64,000 nucleotides of DNA, taken from positions 41,726,001 through 41,790,000 of the forward strand of contig OZ024743.1 of the NCBI GenBank assembly GCA_964016885.1, given 5' to 3'. This document shows, piece by piece, positions 46,201 to 59,441 of the stretch (positions are counted from its first letter, which is position 1; each line of letters opens with the position of its first letter). A program made the translations under genes and the position numbers. Source of the DNA: Eledone cirrhosa. Its lineage: Eukaryota. The notes beneath the pieces were generated by a model. That model searched no databases, was not told the DNA's origin, and saw only the letters and a list, made by a program, of their open reading frames with translations.

Positions 46201-47238
46201 ATCTTCACTCCACATAAGTGAGTGGTGACTTTAGCCGATGCATAATAGAGATGATTTAAGTCAGTAATGTTTATTTTGTTTGTGATGATAATGTTTTTGA
46301 GAATTATGTTAGTCTTGTGTATTATCTTTTGGTTCTGTTTGGAGTTCTGGATCTTAGGGAGGGTGTCTCGGTCCCCCATGTCAGTTTCTTTCATTTTCAT
46401 CCATTCGATCATAATTTCATCCTTCAAGTTGGCAAGTTCATTCTCATTCATTTCTTTATCATTTACGATCTCATTATTTTCATTTGGAGTTTCATCCTGA
46501 GCATGCACTCCCTCCACTTTTTCGCTCCTTTCTTTAATTTGTTCTGTTGCCAGTGATTCCGCCCCAACTCTGGGATTCGAAGTGTTACAGTTTACCTCGT
46601 TTTCACTGACACGTGCTTCATTTTCCCTTCGCTGACTTTGTGCTACTAGCTTGATCTGATCAATTTCTATATCAGTTAGTAACTTTTTTCTTACAATATT
46701 TCTTCGTATATTGGCTAGTTTGTTACTGTCAATATAGCCTCTGTTTTCGGGATGTTTCTTTTTCCAGTTGATATATGTTTGCTCTGTATTCGATGTATTT
46801 GATGGGTAGTACATGGCAGTGTAGAAAGCCTCAAGGACTTCTTTATTATCTTCCCTTGACCATTTTTCTCTCTTTTTCTTTGGATTTCTTGGTGGTGAGC
46901 ATGGAGGGCCAACAGTAGGAGTATTCCGGTTATGGGAGGTCTCCAGCTCCGAAGTGATGGGAAGGTTTGAACCATTAGCTGATTTTTCGACCCCAGTCTG
47001 GTTCCTCTCTGAGGGACGCGGCCCTTTTTTACCCGGGTGACGGCCGATCCGGTATGAGATTTCATCATTAGACATCTACTTTATTTTGTCGCGTTTTATC
47101 CTTATCCGCCAAGGGGTAATCTTTTCGTGTTACCACTTCTAGAACGAGTGTCAACCAAGACTAGAGGGGTCGTTCTCCCCTAGAGACATGGCTATTCCCC
47201 GCCGGCCGCCATCCCGGTATTTCTTGGTCACGGGGTTT
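43290..47238 (-). mobile_element. Full-length R4/Dong LINE (family B) with two frameshifts
   Basis: ORFs 45486..47075, 43957..45480 and 43425..44009 join into one RT-RLE protein (KSPGKD, EQKGCK, FQGDSLSP, FYMDD, CRVC..ETIDHI..C, RHD, RPDII); frameshifts near 45500 and 43975; (TAA)n tail. Confidence 0.92.
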
Positions 47239-48202
47239 TCTTTTTGTTGTTTTTTTTAAATTGTTATTATCATGAGTGGTTCCTTAATGTGAGCATTGCG
47301 TGGCTTAAGAATGAAATTATTAATAATTGTCTCCACTCCAGGGACAAGGCCAGCAATCACCCAGTGCATTACAATAATATAATATACTTTTTGTTGTAGT
47401 TGGCTGTTATTGCTGCTGGCTATGTCGGTGGTGGTGCCGGGGCTTTTTATATTGTTGGTGAGGAAGGGGTGAGCCAGCAGTCCCATAATTGTTGATGTAG
47501 ACGTTTGTCCGTGGCAAGGTCACCGAGTCAATCTATTTATATCTTTTGCTAGCCTCTCTCTTGTCTAGTGCTACCACCACCTTCCCTTTTCTCTCTCAAG
47601 TTAACAGGGGAATAGTGTCAGTAGCATTGAATGAGTGGTGGCGGCGATGATGGATGTGGTGGGGTGGTGGCAGCGGTGGTGTTGTGGTTACTGATATAGT
47701 ATCTATGAGTTTGTGTTCGTATGTTTAATATATATTTTCATTATATTTTGTGTTGACATATTCCCTTAAAATTTGAATTAAACATATTTTAAAATTTGAG
47801 ACAATAATAATAGTAATTATTATTATGATGCCGGTGAAGTTGCCGTTATATTTAGTGTGATGGGATAGGTAGTGTATCAAGTTTCTGGTGTTGGTGAAAT
47901 TGAAATTGCCGCTGTTCTATATAGTGTAGACAGAGGGTGTTTTGTTCCATTTATAACCATTTTCTTTTTTTGAATACAAAATATATCATACAAAATTGAA
48001 TATTTGAGCGATACAACAATATAATATGGATCCGAAACTTTATGGGACCTCATTCGGTGCCTTTATGCAACATTTGTGCTAAGAATTGTTCTTTCGCAAT
48101 TGATTTAAATATGTTAAAAATCAAAAAACTTACGGGAGCAATTTCGTGACGTTCTACCACCTCGTGCGTCTTCTTCCCTTATTCTTCTTCTTCTTCTTCT
48201 TC

Positions 48203-48245
<43 letters not shown>

Positions 48246-48249
48246 CATT

Positions 48250-48420
48250 ATTGGAGTCTCAATCATTGATGTTATTTAACTGGAAAATGTGTTCAAGCCG
48301 CTACCTGCAGCATCAGATATTCAGGATGTATGGAAGGGTCCTTATTATTCCAGCAAGCGTACCTTTTGAAGTGTTCTAGAAAATGGAGCTGGACTAATGG
48401 TCTTTATCCATCCTTGAAAC
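48250..48420 (-). mobile_element. Diverged 3'-end fragment related to R4/Dong family A
   Basis: tctcaatcattgatgtt...actggaaa...ctacctgcagc.tcagatattcagga; preceded by (TTC)n(TTA)n. Confidence 0.8.
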
Positions 48421-48959
48421 TTTTCTATTTTCACACTGTTATTGAGGTTTGTTAATCAAACATTTTAAAAAATTAAGTAAGATGGTGGACTGGAACGGCA
48501 AAATTGTAAAACTCAGTGACAGCCACAGCAATATTAACAGCAGCAGCAGCAGGGGCAGCAAAGGCAACAACAAAGCGCGAGAAATTATGAAACAAATTTG
48601 CTGCTCATAAACATTCAAATACCATAAATAAATGCGAAAGAAAATAATTACGACAAAATGCAATGACAATACAAGCTGTAACAAAGCCTCTTCAACCACC
48701 AACACCAATACCACCAATGCCTGCACCAATATCACCGCTCCTACTGCCAGTTCAATAACAAATATAACAGAAGCAAACAACAAAAATAACAGTAAAAGAG
48801 ACAACACAAATGACAGCAACAACAACAAAAACAGCATGATTAACCTTAGCATAAGAAGAAGAACAACAGCAATATGAACAATAAGAACAACATGAAAAAC
48901 TAAAAAAGTTTCGCTAAAGTACTCTTGTCAATTTGGAGAAAAACTAAGGCCGTCTCACA

Positions 48960-49270
48960 TGAGGTGTTTGCACCAACTGCCAAAATATCATCCTACCTAT
49001 AACTGTGTTTCGGTAAAAACTAAAGGACTAGAATCAGTACCTTCTCATGAGTTTGAAAGAGCAATCAAAACCATCTTGCCGGACATCTCGCACATTGCTA
49101 GTGCCAGGCACTTTGGTACGATTTCGGTGTTGTTCGAAAGTGAAGATTAGTCGTAGAAAATTCTTTGGTCCCCTACCGAACAGACAAATACTTCCTCTAA
49201 CGGCGTACCTAGGGAAAAGTACCGTAAATGTTTGAATTGCCGGAGTCCCGTCAGAACTGATTATGTGGTG
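48960..49270 (+). pseudogene. Possible degenerate LINE ORF1 (Tx1/L1-like) fragment
   Basis: HEFERAIKTIL...RHFGTISVLF...YLGKSTVNV.IAGVP resembles LINE ORF1 RRM-like segments from memory; weak. Confidence 0.3.
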
Positions 49271-49739
49271 GATTTTGGTTGTGTGGTACATCAAAGGAAT
49301 GTTTTACTCGTGAAATGATCTCATAATTGTGTGAGTTTTCAACTGTCACACGTATACGAAATGAGGTTTTTAGAGAGATATATTGCGCCATACAATGGAA
49401 AATAAGGGATTGAGAAATAAAAGATATCTATTCATTTCGATAGTCTTCGAAATAATTTCTGCCTAACTAAATTCATTCAGAAGTTTTGGTTCGATTCGAA
49501 ACACTGGTAAAACATACTTGCCCAAACTGCCACGAACTAGAATCGAACATGTAATCTCATGATGTATATTACTCATGTGAATGAATAAATCACAGTTGTA
49601 GCAGAATCTTGTTTTACATTGTAAACGCGCAATACATGTGAAAATCCTTATTTAACTGCAATGATTGTCCGAGATTCAGCATTTGGATATCAGAAAAAGG
49701 GAGATGGGTATTAAATCCAAACTAGCAATATTTAATTCG

Positions 49740-50190
49740 GTTTTAGTGCCTACCTTTACATATGTTCAGGAATCTTGGCTAATGACCGATCGCTAATACA
49801 GGCGGCCGAAGTTGGCTTCCTGCGAAGAGTCCTCCAATGAACGTCCGTCGACAGAGTGCGTAGCTCGGAGAACAGAGATTCGCTCTCTGAATTGAGAGAT
49901 CACAGCTCCGATACAATGGACATGTGATTAGAATGTCTCAGGAAAGAATCGCTATATAGAGTTTAAGGGTAAAACTCACCAGTAGGAGATCCAGGGGTAG
50001 ACCCCGAACAAGACGGTTGGATAACATCCATGACTTCGGTTAGTTTCGTATGGGGATCCAACACGATCTGCTAGTAATGGTTGCTTCTGACAGGACCCGC
50101 TGGTAAGAATGTTTGAAGATTCTGGCGCCACAAAATGTTTGGAATATGGGCGAAGAAGAAGAAGAAGAAGAAGAAGAAGAAGAAGAAGAA
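49740..50190 (+). mobile_element. Degenerate RTE (Expander/Rex3-like) 3' end with (GAA)n tail
   Basis: LTYVQESW, IQAAEVGFLRRV, DRVRSS, RSQLRYNGHVIRM, RRSRGRPRTRRLDNI. Confidence 0.82.
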
Positions 50191-50259
50191 ATAATATATC
50201 TAAAACATTGGCCTGTCACCAGATAGGTAGATAGTTAGAGAGAGAGGAAGACAGTGAGC

Positions 50260-50354
<95 letters not shown>

Positions 50355-50360
50355 AGAGAA

Positions 50361-50431
<71 letters not shown>

Positions 50432-52023
50432 TTCTAATTGTCGAATAACTTCAGGGAAAACAAATATTGAGATGAGTGGGGCCAGGTTTATACACCGCAC
50501 CTCGGGGTAAACAATCAGAATGTCAAAGACACGGTTCCAGGCGTTTACATTGCAAACGAGTAGAAACCTCTCTGTAACATACCGACACCAATATTTGAAA
50601 TAACCTTCTTATGCAAGCATGATCTCTTCACGAATGATATTAACCCTGGACCTTTGTATTCTTCCCGGTACTAGAATAATCAGTAGAATCGGCCATTTGT
50701 AAAACATGGTATCGCATGACTAAGACGGAAATATTAATTGTGAAATAATTAATTGTATGGAAGACCATTAAAATGTGTATTACTTTGTAAATGTTTGTCG
50801 TCCTTGTATTCTCTAAAATATTTTACTTGCTGATATTTGTATAAGCTTTTTCCTTTAAATATTTATATTACTACAATACCTTAAAGAAGAAAACTCTCTG
50901 GAATATTAAAATGTATTGAACACACACAATCAATTACTTGAACATTTACTCTATGAAGTATCAATGATGTTAGACTATCATTAGCCTTGCATAATTATCT
51001 TCAAACTTCGACCAACAACCCTTCATGTTTATTTCGTTGTTCTTAGAATTTTAGATAGTCTTCTGTTTATAAATATATTTCGTAATTGAATGATACAAAT
51101 CCCCCACCACACGCTTGCTTCATTATCCATTTACCAAATCCTCCTCCTACCATCTCACAAAACCTTTTGTTTAAAAATATTTATATTTAACGAAATGCCT
51201 TCCTTCATAATTTCATATAACAATGATTATTAAATTATGATCCATGCACAAGATGAATATTGAAAAAGTACCTATAAAATTGTGATAATTTTTATAATTA
51301 TTTGGAAATTACAAAATGCCTATTTAAACATTATGGTAACAAAATCAATAAATTCATGGCAACATTTTAAATACAATTTTAATAAACTAGTTTCATAATT
51401 AATGTTTTTGAAATATATAATTCATTACATCCCTAATTTTATAAATATATGAAAAACAAAAAAGTTATTCATATGCCTTTGTCTAAAGCCAGAATGAATG
51501 CAGGGTTGAAACTAGTACACAAATATACATTTTATGAATACACAAAAACAATCTTGGAATACATATGAATATTCTGAAAAAAATATCTTGGAAATGTTAT
51601 ATGGATTTTGATATGAAAGCGAGATTTGTGTGATGTTTTGTAAGCGACATCCCTTCGACGAAACACAAACACCGTATTAATGTCCCTTACGTCAAAATGT
51701 TGACACACATTAGCTTTCAAATGTTCTCGTTCATTAAATAGGAATTGAATATGTTTTTGTACAAGAAATCATTAAACGTTCCATGCAATGGTTAGGAAAT
51801 ATTTAAGTTGGTAGTAACAGACATTACGAATAGTTGAAATGTGTTATTTTAAAAGGTATTCACACTAGCATTACAAAAAGTAAAACAAGAAAAATAAAAC
51901 AAGAAGAAAGTCGAGGGGAAATGAGAAGGAGATAAAAACCTTGGCTGGATGATATATATTTGGACAAGGTGGCGAAACTGTTGATGGAGAGAGTATCCAG
52001 AGAGTGACGCCTGTTGTCGTAGA

Positions 52024-52457
52024 CATTCACTATTACGAGGCTCTTTTCTAAGGTATGATATTATAGTCACGATTTGACAATCAAACAGTGAACAGACAAT
52101 TGTAAACAGTGAACTTCGGACATCAAATGCATTCGTCCATCAATATGACCAAGCAGGGATGCAATAATATACGTATGTATGCGTCTGTGTATCTGTGTGC
52201 GTATGTATGCTTGTATGTATATATAGGGTCGTAAATTTACGACTGTATATATACATACAAGCATACATACGCATACATACGCACACAGACACACAGACGC
52301 ATACATACGTATATTAATGCATCCCTGCTTGGTCGTATTGATGGACGAATGTTTTTGATGTCCGGAGTTCACTGTTTACAATTATCTGTTCACTGTTTGA
52401 TTGTCAAATCGTGACGATAATATCCTACCTTAGAAAAGAGCTTCGTAATAGTGAATG
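52024..52457. repeat. ~434-bp spacerless imperfect palindrome (centre gtcgtaaa|tttacgac at 52235/52236)
   Basis: Arms are reverse complements with scattered mismatches and a 10-bp duplication in the right arm. Confidence 0.9.
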
Positions 52458-53891
52458 AATTTAGAATTCCAAATACTATCAGTCGGTCGCAAATCCAGGC
52501 AAAAAGGTAAGTATCCAAAGGATACATTGTCTATCCCCTTAACCACACTTGCATAAATTATCCATCTTAAGTTGTTATAAGTATCTTAGTCACCAAACAT
52601 TCACGTTATTGTACATATATTTATTACCATGTACGTTTCCTTAAAACTTTATTGCTTTCTTTAATATATAATATTAAACATTAATTCTATAAATTTAACT
52701 ACAAAGTGATAATTAACTTCTATGTCTAGCTGTATAACTCTAGTCCTAATTTACTGCATGGTGTTTCATAAAATAGTTACTGAATGCTAACTATTTGCTT
52801 CCCGCTAGGATAGCTTTAGGTTAGATTTGCGTTGCATCCTTGATTAATGCACTATGGGAATTGCTGGCCTTGTTCCAAAAGTAGAAACAGTTATTATTTG
52901 TTTCTATCACTGATACATTTCAATTACATCTTCCGTCTTCCATAAATTTTAATGTTTTTCCAACAATATTTGAATGCTATTGTTTACGTTTTTCGCTCTT
53001 TCTCGATTGCCGGAATTCTAGAATATGTAAGGTTCCTATTTTATCTGTATTTGATCGAATCACAAGATTTATTCTAACAGGTTTGGATATTCTTGCTAGT
53101 CTAACGAAATTGTCGTAAATCAATTAAATGATTTAATTAAAGTCATTAATCTTTGTTATCTCGCCCTCTGTCTCTTTGTATACACACACACACGTATATA
53201 TATATATAGAGAGAGAGAGAGAGAAAGAGAAAGGGATATATATATACATATATACATATGCATATAGATATATATATATACACAGGGAGATAGAGAAAGA
53301 GAGAGAGAGAGGGATAGAGGGGGAGAGAGAGAGAACATAGATAGATAGATCAGTTGAGGATTGAAGCAAATCAACGAAAAGCAGCACCCATTTAACAGGT
53401 CCAATTAGACTTGTTAGAATCTTCTCTGCTTATTTATACCGAATTCCATTATGTCTTTCCTTATTTCTTTATTTCTTTACCTCTTTTCATTATAAGACAA
53501 ACGTTTCTAAATACAGATTCTAGTTTATTCCATCAACGTTATTCTTCAATCAATTACCAGGGAATAAATCTGCCAATTATTTGTTCCTTTGACATCATAT
53601 CTATTATCTGTTTGTGAAAGTTAGGAAGAAAAAATAAATACGAAAAATAACATCAACAGTAGTCTCAGAATTAGAATTAACAGCTTAGCCGATACTTCGT
53701 TTTTTATTTATTTCAAAAAGTTACCATATTTTTTAGGCGTCTACTATATTTAATTTTGTCTTTTTTTATGTTTCGTTTTCTGTCTCTATATATTTTTTGT
53801 CGTTGCCTTCTATCAGGTACACATACTGACAAACGCCACCCCACATTCCACACACTTTCAAATAAACATGCTCACTCACATATATGTATGC

Positions 53892-53984
<93 letters not shown>

Positions 53985-54052
53985 TATATATATGTACATA
54001 TATATATGTAAATATATACATATATATATGTAAATATATATACACAGACACG

Positions 54053-54129
<77 letters not shown>

Positions 54130-54143
54130 TAGTGAGTGTGTGC

Positions 54144-54188
<45 letters not shown>

Positions 54189-54583
54189 ATATTCTATCGG
54201 GGTTTAACGCTTTGTAAAGTTCTTTCAATTTACTTTGTCTCCAACAATACAAATTGTTTTAATTGGCCAATTACTTTACCATGTTTAAACTAAACGAAAT
54301 CAAACAAAAATCTTGAAAAGCGAAAAACAGATACAATGAAAATTAAAATAAAACTTACTCAATACAACTACGAGTACGATTACATCGAGTTTTGTTTCTT
54401 TATTTCATGATCGATTATAGCATAAACGTCCATGACAAGGGCAATCTTTATTCACACACATAAATAAACAAGAACACACACACTCACACACAAACACACA
54501 AACTAATACACACACAAACACACACGCACACACTTACAGACCCATACACATACACATACACACACCCACACGCACACACGCAC

Positions 54584-54662
<79 letters not shown>

Positions 54663-56582
54663 AACGCACACATTTATATAATACATATATGTATGTATAT
54701 ATGCAGACATATATGTATGTTTGTATGTATATATATATGTATATATGTACGTATATGCGCACATAAAGAGGGAGAAATGAGAGGCAACAAAGAGATGAGA
54801 AGCGAAATATAGAAATATAGGGAGGACATTGTATGTTTTGCATCAACCATGTATTGAACGTTTTCTGTGTGATATTTAGTTAACATTAGATCTCAACCAA
54901 ACAATACAATGTGAGTTCATCTCTTATTTTATTTTAAATAGAAAAATACACACACAAAAGAACAATTCCAACAATATTTACTCAGACATCTGCCAATTAG
55001 CTTTCAATATCAAATGTTTAAAATGAAAAAGTTCGTTTAATACTGTTTTGTACACCTTCATACACGGGGAAAATGAAATCAAGATTGAAATACTCATCGT
55101 CTTTTACTCTTTTCCTTGTTTAATCCAGTAAGCTGCACGCATCCTAGTGGAACACTACCAGACCTGCAACAATGTTTATATCGCTCTTTTGAATGACGGA
55201 GTCTAGTACTGCCAGAATCATTTGCTTTCTTGACATGATGCTAATCTCCTTTGTTGTCGTTTACAAGAACGTTCAGGTGTCACTTGCAGTCATAAATCTC
55301 CATTCTATGACAATTTCTCCATGATTTTTCAACAGAATATTGAAAAGCTGTGAGCAATTGAACATTAAACAGTTTCTATTTTTGAAGATTGTGCGATCGT
55401 TGATGCTATCTACTCTCAAAGGATTGGTGCAACACACAGTGGCCCATATTTGGTGTAAAATAAAACATATTGAGACATTTCATGAAAATATATATCTTGA
55501 CGCCTGTATCAAGACATGAAAAACTATATGTAATTATATTACATTTTATTTGCAAACAAGGATGCCTGAACGAACTTTTCATATCGGGAGTCGAATTTAC
55601 CGGATCCATCGCTTGTTAAATCATAGTCATTTCGGGAATGGAATCGTTGGATTCAGGCAATGTATATTAAATAATAGCAAATATATTATTTAAATGCTAT
55701 CGTTTAAGTATGTGCTCCACAGCACACAACTTTTTAAATGTTATATTTCCTATGGCAAATGTAGGCCGCAAATTCAATAGCATAATTCCTACTGGGATTT
55801 CTGTAATTCCATTTATCTTTGAAATTAAATAGCTCTACGTATAATAAAATAATTACTCGGAAGGAAATGCATAGTGGGAATTGAAAGTGTTATGCAATAG
55901 TGATGATAATTATAATTTAATCTTGGAATTCTGTAATAAGACGAAAATCAGCTGATGGAATTATAAACAAATGTATGGGATATATATTTCTTTTTGACAG
56001 TCGTCTGTATTATAAGTATATAAAAAACGGTCATGTAAGAGAGATAACACACGCCTTTACGAGGCAACAGTAAAATGATCAAACGCAGACCAGACCATCA
56101 TTATCAAGCTATGCAGATTCAAGAACATTATAGCAGTCATAAGATACTGTCCGGGATATAGAGTAATATAGGAAAACTTAAAGTGGATCCAATTGAATAC
56201 AATAGAACGTGAAAGATAGCGGAAAGATATAAAATATATGCCAATAGTTCTAACGAGTACGGGCTCTGTAATAACGACAGGTAAACTCCACTCGAGAAGG
56301 GGACATGGCTCATAATAAATATTCAGATTTCGGTCGCCAAGTAGCCAGTAAGACAACAGCTTCCACAGGCAGCATGTGCCACGGCCACCAGACAACAAAA
56401 CCAAGAATTCAGATACCGAATAATGAAACATTCCAGATTAAACAGATTGTCGGCATAGTTTTCGTGCACTGCGTAGATTACAACGAAAATACGCATGTGT
56501 GAATATGTGGTTCAGAGCATCACTTATAAAACAGGTTTAAACGACAAATAGCAGGATATATTTCAATTGAGAAACTGCAATT

Positions 56583-56618
<36 letters not shown>

Positions 56619-56622
<4 letters not shown>

Positions 56623-57561
56623 CTGGCTGGTGCGAGCGACGTCTAAAGAAAGTCGTTAGGACACGTAAATAGGGGGAACGAGCGAGACAGTAAACAAAAA
56701 AAGATGGTAATGCAACGAAAAGTGAGGAAGAAGGAGTAAAGACCCTGAAATCGATGAACATAAGTTCTGTGAAATCGTGGACGAGAGAGAATAAAGACCA
56801 TCAAACCTGGTCGAAATGTGAGTAAGGAAAGAATTTCGCACAGGTCAAACGGGAGGAAGAAGGAGTCAAGTCCCTGAAATGGGTGAACATAAGTTCTGTG
56901 AAATCGTAGACGAGAGGAATAAGGATCATCCGACCTGGTCGAAGTGTGAGTGAGGAAAGAATCTCGCACAGGTCAAACGGGAGAAGTAGTAGAGGGAGTA
57001 GCAGAGAGTGAGTGAGTGAAATACCAATGAAGGACTAAATTTATTCATATGTAATCCATTTGCAACACCGCAGCACGCCATGTTTTCATATTTTTCATAT
57101 ATATTTTCCTCCGCTGTGACTCGTCTGTTTCTTTCTTACTTCTTCAGCTTTCTCTGTATCTCTCACTTCCTTTTACCTCCTCTCCTAGTCACTCTCTCTG
57201 TTAGCATATTCTTCACACTTTCACTCACTCTCTGCTACCCCCTCTCATACTTCCTCCCGTTTGACCTCGCGAAATTCTTTCCTTACTCACATTTCGACCA
57301 GGTTTGATGGTCTTTATTCTCTCTCGTCCACGATTTCATAGAACTTATGTTCATCAATTTCAGGGACTTGACTCATTCTTCCTCACTTTTCGTTGCATTA
57401 CCATCTTTGTTTGTTTATTGTCTCGCTCGTTCCCCCTATTTACGTGTCTCAAGGACATTCTTTAGCCGTTGCTCGCACCGGCCAGAGGTATATGGTCTTT
57501 AAAGCGATGAAATACCAATGAAGGCTGGAAGATCACTGATGCAGGAGTAAATTTATTCATA
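56619..57561. mobile_element. Second, diverged copy of the 632-bp-monomer fold-back element
   Basis: 56619-57018 inverted, 57019-57561 sense. Shares ggtatatggtctttaaagcgatgaaataccaatga...gatcactgat with 25972-27127; (TA)n on both sides. Confidence 0.78.
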
Positions 57562-57565
57562 TATA

Positions 57566-57625
<60 letters not shown>

Positions 57626-57661
57626 TGTGTATATATATATATATGTGTATATATATATGTG

Positions 57662-57727
<66 letters not shown>

Positions 57728-57730
<3 letters not shown>

Positions 57731-58457
57731 GATATTAAACAAATGGAAACTATATTTATAAAACCATATTTATTTCGTTATATATATTTCTGGGATATCA
57801 TATTAAAAATATGGTATGCCTTCCTCAGACAAAATACAATACATAAGCTGTTTTATAAATAATTATTGACATACCTTATAATAATGCAACTTCCATTTAA
57901 AAAGTTGATTTGGTAGTGAAACTGTTATGACAGTTATATAGAAAGAAAAACGAAGATGAGAAGAAGATGAAGAGATGTATGTAAAGAAAAACAACAGAGC
58001 GAGATAGAGAGACAAGGAGATATGGGAGAGAGAAATACATTGAGGAAGTGAAAAAAATATAGTAGGCAGCTTTTGGACAGATGATCATCGTATATGTGAG
58101 AGGTTAAGGAGGGAAGGGATACAGTTAAACTAGCCGACACATAAATCACGTCCAGTGTATAGGAGAAAAAGAAAGAAATATGATATATTTAAAATATATT
58201 AAGTTGCATTATTAAAATATATTAAGTTGCATTATTATAAGGTATGTCAATAATTATTTATAAAACAGCTTATGTATTGTATTTTGTCTGAGGAAGGCAT
58301 ACCATATTTTTAATATGATATCCCAGAAATATATATAACGAAATAAATATGGTTTTATAAATATAGTTTCCATTTGTTTAATATCGTAAACCTACTCCAG
58401 AAACTGTTGAGTGCTTTTATATCAGTTATAAAATATTTACTCGTTGTAACCCAACAA
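57728..58457. repeat. Fold-back element with apparently identical 165-bp inverted arms (57728-57892 / 58224-58388) between (TA)n tracts
   Basis: Arms read directly; purine-rich 331-bp spacer; CTGAGGA at 58288. Confidence 0.85.
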
Positions 58458-58473
58458 TCCTAAATAGAACTTT

Positions 58474-58567
<94 letters not shown>

Positions 58568-58568
<1 letters not shown>

Positions 58569-59049
58569 GTACAGCCACCGGTAATAACATCTGTGAAATA
58601 TACAGCTCCATCTTTCTGTTAGCTAGCTACCTCACCGGTAAACAAACAATTCTTAATTACATCACATAAACGCCTACGCAGCGACTAAACATCAAACGAA
58701 TATGTCTGTATAAATATAGTGATTCCAAACACTTTCGCCAGTCGACCTTTGCCAGAGTCAGCTAGCGTATCGTTGTTCCCATCCTCTGCCACGCTTGTCA
58801 CTCACACACGCCTTGTACCTTGTATCGTCGCTTCATGTGAAAATAAATAGCTGATCGAAACTACTTCTCTCACCTTGCTTTGTCCTTTCAACTTGTACTT
58901 TCGTCTGTTTATCCTTACCGTATGTGACAACACTTCTTTTAAGGGCTATCTTCAGATACGATCAGACCGTATGCGATAACAGTCCTTTTAAGGGATATTC
59001 TCGGATCTGATCGGAAGTAGTGACCAGACTGACCAACCACGTCGCCACA
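58568..59049 (+). repeat. 5' LTR (482 bp)
   Basis: tgtacagccacc...ccacgtcgccaca; direct repeat of 63424-63909. Confidence 0.93.
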
Positions 59050-59051
59050 AT

Positions 59052-59069
59052 TGGTGACCCCGACGTGAT
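59052..59069 (+). promoter_or_regulatory. Primer-binding site complementary to the tRNA-Trp 3' end
   Basis: tggtgaccccgacgtgat is the reverse complement of ...AUCACGUCGGGGUCACCA, 2 nt after the LTR. Confidence 0.9.
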
Positions 59070-59441
59070 TCTAACGCGCAACCAGATAGCACCTAAGAAG
59101 ATACCAACATGGACATGTCACAACCAACGACAGAGGCCGAGATTTCAGAGCTGCGGGCTATGATCAGAGAGCGGGCTGGTCAAATTAAAGCCCTCTCAAA
59201 TCAAGTAGAGAACCTGACTTTTCACCCCCCCCCGTCGACGCAGCAACAGTCCATCCAGGCCTTTTCACAGTCGAAGATCCAGAAGTCCCAGTCAAAATCG
59301 TGTGCCTGGCAACCTCTGCTGGTATCGCGCAAATTTCGGCGCACAGGCATCTAAGTGCAAAGCCCCGTTCTCTTTCCAGAATACCACCCATGGACTAGCG
59401 ACTACGTTCACCCCTCGTACTGAGAAGAAAAGTCGTCTATT

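Noticed and set aside
56057-56502. Minus-strand ORF with a GPCR TM3-like ending (SAFDHF)
   Set aside because: Stops immediately after, with no other TM motifs or splice support; it could equally be a very decayed LINE on the plus strand.
59052-59071. tRNA-Trp-like sequence; also SINE heads with A/B boxes
   Set aside because: An 18-20-nt PBS and SINE promoters, not tRNA genes; no cloverleaf.
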